A stretch of 63,567 nt of DNA, counting the filler, from Reclinomonas americana ATCC 50394 (taxonomy: Eukaryota), in assembly GCA_048213135.1 (NCBI GenBank). It is 7 parts of 4 records of this genome, joined end to end, with 100 filler letters (N's around TTAATTAATTAA, not from the genome) between each part and the next. Parts side by side here need not be neighbours in the genome. Positions count along the whole stretch, not along the records: positions 59,911 to 62,123 come from PS015770.1; positions 62,224 to 63,567 come from PS015782.1; 5 more parts are not named here. One strand, given 5' to 3'. The notes under the pieces were generated by a model, which saw only the letters and a program-made list of their open reading frames with translations, did no database searches and had not been told where the DNA came from. A program made the position numbers and the translations under genes. Positions 60,334 to 63,567 of this stretch are shown piece after piece. Every line of letters starts with the position of its first letter. The first letter of the stretch is position 1.

Positions 60334-62123
60334 ATGAATGTAAAATTGCAGCCGTTTCCATTGTTTGTTTGTTGCGCCATGCGAGAGCCACTGTCGTGGG
60401 AGGCCTTGCGCGGTGTCTTTGCCACCGACAGCGACTGTGATCAGAGCCAGAGTGAGGTGGGGGGTTGGAGGGAAAGGCACACATGCAGCAGCATACTATA
60501 CCTCTCACTGCTGACAACGACAGGTCGCACTGGGTGTGTTTGAGGGACGGGTTGCCGTGCTCAAGACAGTCAGCCGGCGACGCGCGAAGCGTCTCGCCGG
60601 TGGTGATGCAGCAACAATGCTGCTGCACACACTGCAGCAGTGCGATGCATTTCGGTGTGTGTGTGTGTGAGAGATAGAGAGAGGAGAAGTGCGAGACAAG
60701 GAAGGAGAGAGCTCATCCGCCTCTCCCGCAGTGCGGATTCTCATCTGCTGCTACCAGAGGCCATTGTGTGTGATCCGCACTCCGATGCCGTCGGTGTGGT
60801 AATGTTCCGATCGCACAGCGTGGCATCATCGTGCGATTCTGTGCGCGATGTGGTCGACTTGTCGCTGGTCGATGCGTGTCGTGTGGCTGTTGGTGTTGCT
60901 CGTGCGCTCTGCGTGCTGCACGAGTCGGGCATTGTGCATGGCCGCGTGCATCCGTGGAATGTGTTTGTCGATCGTGCCAGCAGCGAGGGTGGCATCTCGG
61001 CGCGCTTGGCGTTTGGTGACTCGCCGTGGACGGGCAGCGCGGCGAGGTGTGTTTTCTGCGCTCGTACACACACACACACATACCATCATTGCCTGCCGTA
61101 TGTGTGTGCGCTCACACGGGAAGGTGCAAGGGCCGTGTGCGACGCGCGAACGGCCGTCTTCATGGCGCCTGATCCGCGGGCGAGCGGTGCATCCGACGTG
61201 TGGGCCCTCGGCATGCTGCTGCTTGCCCTGTGCACAGGCGTGATTCCTGAGTGTGCAGGTGGTGCGTCAGGCGATGTTGTCGCAACGGTGCAGGCGTTGC
61301 GGAGTGGAGCGCGGCCGGCTCTGCCGTCCACGCTTCCCGCCTCGCTTCGTTCGCTAATCGAGGCGTGTTGGGACGATGATCCTCACAGGAGACCGTCGCC
61401 AGGTAATGTGAGGTGCCACCATCGTCATCATCGTGTTGGCTACTGGCTGACTGTCATTTTGCTGTCAGCTGCCGCATGCCAGGCTCTGCAGTCCATTGTC
61501 GACGAGCTTGACCGACCCCAGCTGACTCCGCCACCTCCGCCGCCTCCTCTGCCTCTGCTTTCGACGGCAGTGCCGTCGGCGACAGACGCAAGTGCTAGTG
61601 TGTCACCGCGCTCCGAGTCGTGTGGCGAGGTGCTGCGGGCGATTGATGCGGCCGTGGAGGACGCCGACGTGGATAGCGCGCTGGAGTTGTGCTCGCAGCT
61701 GATCGAGGAACATGAGATTGACACGGCGTCGCCCGGTGTGCAGGTGCGTTTTTCACGTGCTCACCGATTGTGCTTATTGAGTTTCTACTTACTCCTGTCG
61801 TCGCGGGCGACTGCAGCAATGCCTGGTGCAGGCCCATTGCACGCGTGCACAATTGCTGTGTTTCCAAGGACAGCCGGCCGAGGGATTGTTGGACGCCGAG
61901 GTGGCCATTCGCGTGGCTCCGCAGCATGCGCAGGCGTACACGGCACGTGCCAATTGTCGCGAGGCTCTGGGCCTGGTGGCAGAAGTTGCATTCCTCTGCG
62001 TGTGCGTGTGCATGCGTCTCTTCAGTGTTTGTTTCTCACGGCTTGCAGGCCGCCGACGATGCTCGGCATGCCGTCACCCTCAATCCGCGCAGTGCCGATG
62101 CCCACTACGATCTGGGCTCGCTT
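60334..62123 (+). CDS. TKL-like pseudokinase plus C-terminal TPRs, truncated at a linker
   Basis: GVFEGRVAVLK, LHESGIVHGRVHPWNV, ARLAFGD, FMAPD, SDVWALGMLL, LIEACWDDDPHRRPS; TPRs AIRVAPQHAQAYTARA and AVTLNPRSADAHYDLG. Confidence 0.8.
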
Positions 62124-62223
62124 NNNNNNNNNNNNNNNNNNNNNNNNNNNNNNNNNNNNNNNNNNNNTTAATTAATTAANNNNNNNNNNNNNNNNNNNNN
62201 NNNNNNNNNNNNNNNNNNNNNNN

Positions 62224-63567
62224 ACCGGTGACTGTGGTGTTGCCGTTAAACTCGACGGCGCCACCTGACACAGTGAGACCCAAATTGAGTGTACTGAGAC
62301 CGGCCACCGTCAGTGTACCACCAAGAGTCGTAGCACCAGTGCCCACGGTAAACGTGCTGGCGCCGTTGACTGTCGTGTTGTTGCGCAGCACAGTGGTGCC
62401 GGTGACGTCGAGAGTGGAGAGGAGGGTGGTGCCTGATGTCACCTGCAGCGTGCCTCCGAGGCTGCTGGAGCCCGTGGCCACCGTGAACGTGGTGCCTGTG
62501 ACAGAGACTGTTCCAGCCAGTGTGGTCGCACCTGTCACACCGAGCGTGGACGAGAGAGTTGTGGCGCCGGTGACACCGAGAGTGCCACCAAGTGTGGTCG
62601 CACCAGTGGCCACCGACAGAGTGCTGGTGCCAGTCACAGCCACGTTGCCGGCAAACGTCGCGCCAGCGCTACCCGTCATGAGACCGGTGAACTGCGACGT
62701 CGAACCGACGCTCAGTGTACCACCGAGAACTGTGGGGCCCGTGCCGACCGTCAACGTGTTGGTGCCTGAGACGGAGACCGAGTTGTTGAACGTGGAGGTG
62801 CCATTGGCGATAACGGCGCCAACAAAAGTGGAGACACCAGTTACGCTCACTGGACCACCCAACGTCGTCGTACCCGTGGTCACCGTCAGCGGGTTGTTCG
62901 CGGAGAGCGACAGAGCCGCGTTCAGCGTCGTGGCACCTCCAACAGTAAGCGTGCTTGCCAGCGACGTTGCACCTGACACACTCAGTGTACCACCGAGCGA
63001 CGAGGCACCACTGACCACTGTGAACGTCTGACCCGCGGCGACACTGACGGAATTGTTGAATGTGGCGATGCCGGTCACACCGAGCGTGCCACCAAGAGTG
63101 GTCGCCCCGTTGCCGACCGTCAGCGTATTCGCTGCAGTGATGGACACGCTGCCTGCAAAAGTGCTGGAGCTGTTGGCCGAGAAAGCTCCTGCCAACTGCG
63201 TCGTGCCGGCCACACTGAGACCGCCACCGAGAGATGTCAGGCCGGTGCCGACCAGCGTAAAGGTGTTTGGACTGGTAATGACCAAGTCACCGTTCACAGT
63301 GAGCGCTCCAGTCATGGACATGCCGCCGTTTAGCGTGGTCAGTCCCGTGACAGTGAGCGTGCCGCCGAGTGCGGTGGCCGAAGAGCCCACCGTCAACGGC
63401 GAAGTGGCTCCGGTAAGCGTCACACCGCCCGACGGCACAGTGACACCAGCGGAGGCGGTTGCCAGACCTGTAAAAGTGGTGGTTCCCGCCACGGACAGAT
63501 TGCCGCCAAGCGACGTGAGTCCGGTGCCGGTGGTGGAGAGAGGGCCGGTGATCGCCACCGACGAGCT
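62224..63567 (-). CDS. Thr/Gly-rich tandem beta-repeat protein, internal fragment
   Basis: Open frame over 1.3 kb with no intron; recurring LTVGTGATTLGGTLxVxGxTT unit. Confidence 0.85.

Noticed and set aside
62228..63031. Plus-strand Val/Pro-rich ORF
   Set aside because: Antisense mirror of the Thr/Gly repeat gene.
1..63567. Whole window as one defence island (STANDs, ART, Tlde1, peroxidase, TPR proteins)
   Set aside because: The genes lie on different linker-separated pieces and are interleaved with housekeeping genes.

Overview
Eukaryotic (protist-like) nuclear DNA: GC-rich, gene-dense, with many short GT-AG introns rich in CA/GA microsatellites. It is not one contiguous molecule. Six artificial N44-TTAATTAATTAA-N44 linkers join seven pieces, and there are four further N gaps, so adjacency across linkers is unproven. 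About 29 genes or gene fragments were reconstructed by eye, so exon and gene boundaries are approximate. Housekeeping genes: PRMT5, exportin-6, CCDC12/Cwf18, DCTN6, type II NADH dehydrogenase, a uridine kinase/CYTH (TTM/UdkC-like) protein, an Rsa3-domain protein, a GT61 glycosyltransferase, WD40 and LRR proteins. Accessory genes: (1) an intronless, signal-peptide-bearing homologue of the bacterial T6SS cell-wall toxin Tlde1 (DUF2778), the best candidate for a novel domesticated antibacterial effector; (2) a stand-alone NEURL4-type ADP-ribosyltransferase domain; (3) two NB-ARC-like STAND NTPases, one probably completed by an inverted TPR contig; (4) a secreted heme peroxidase with about 7 FN3-like repeats and altered heme-linkage residues; (5) ovothiol synthase OvoA head-to-head with a bacterial-type DoxX-like membrane protein; (6) a pseudokinase-TPR protein; (7) a long Thr/Gly beta-repeat protein. 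All family calls come from motif recognition, not database searches. No RNA genes, CRISPR arrays or transposases were recognised.
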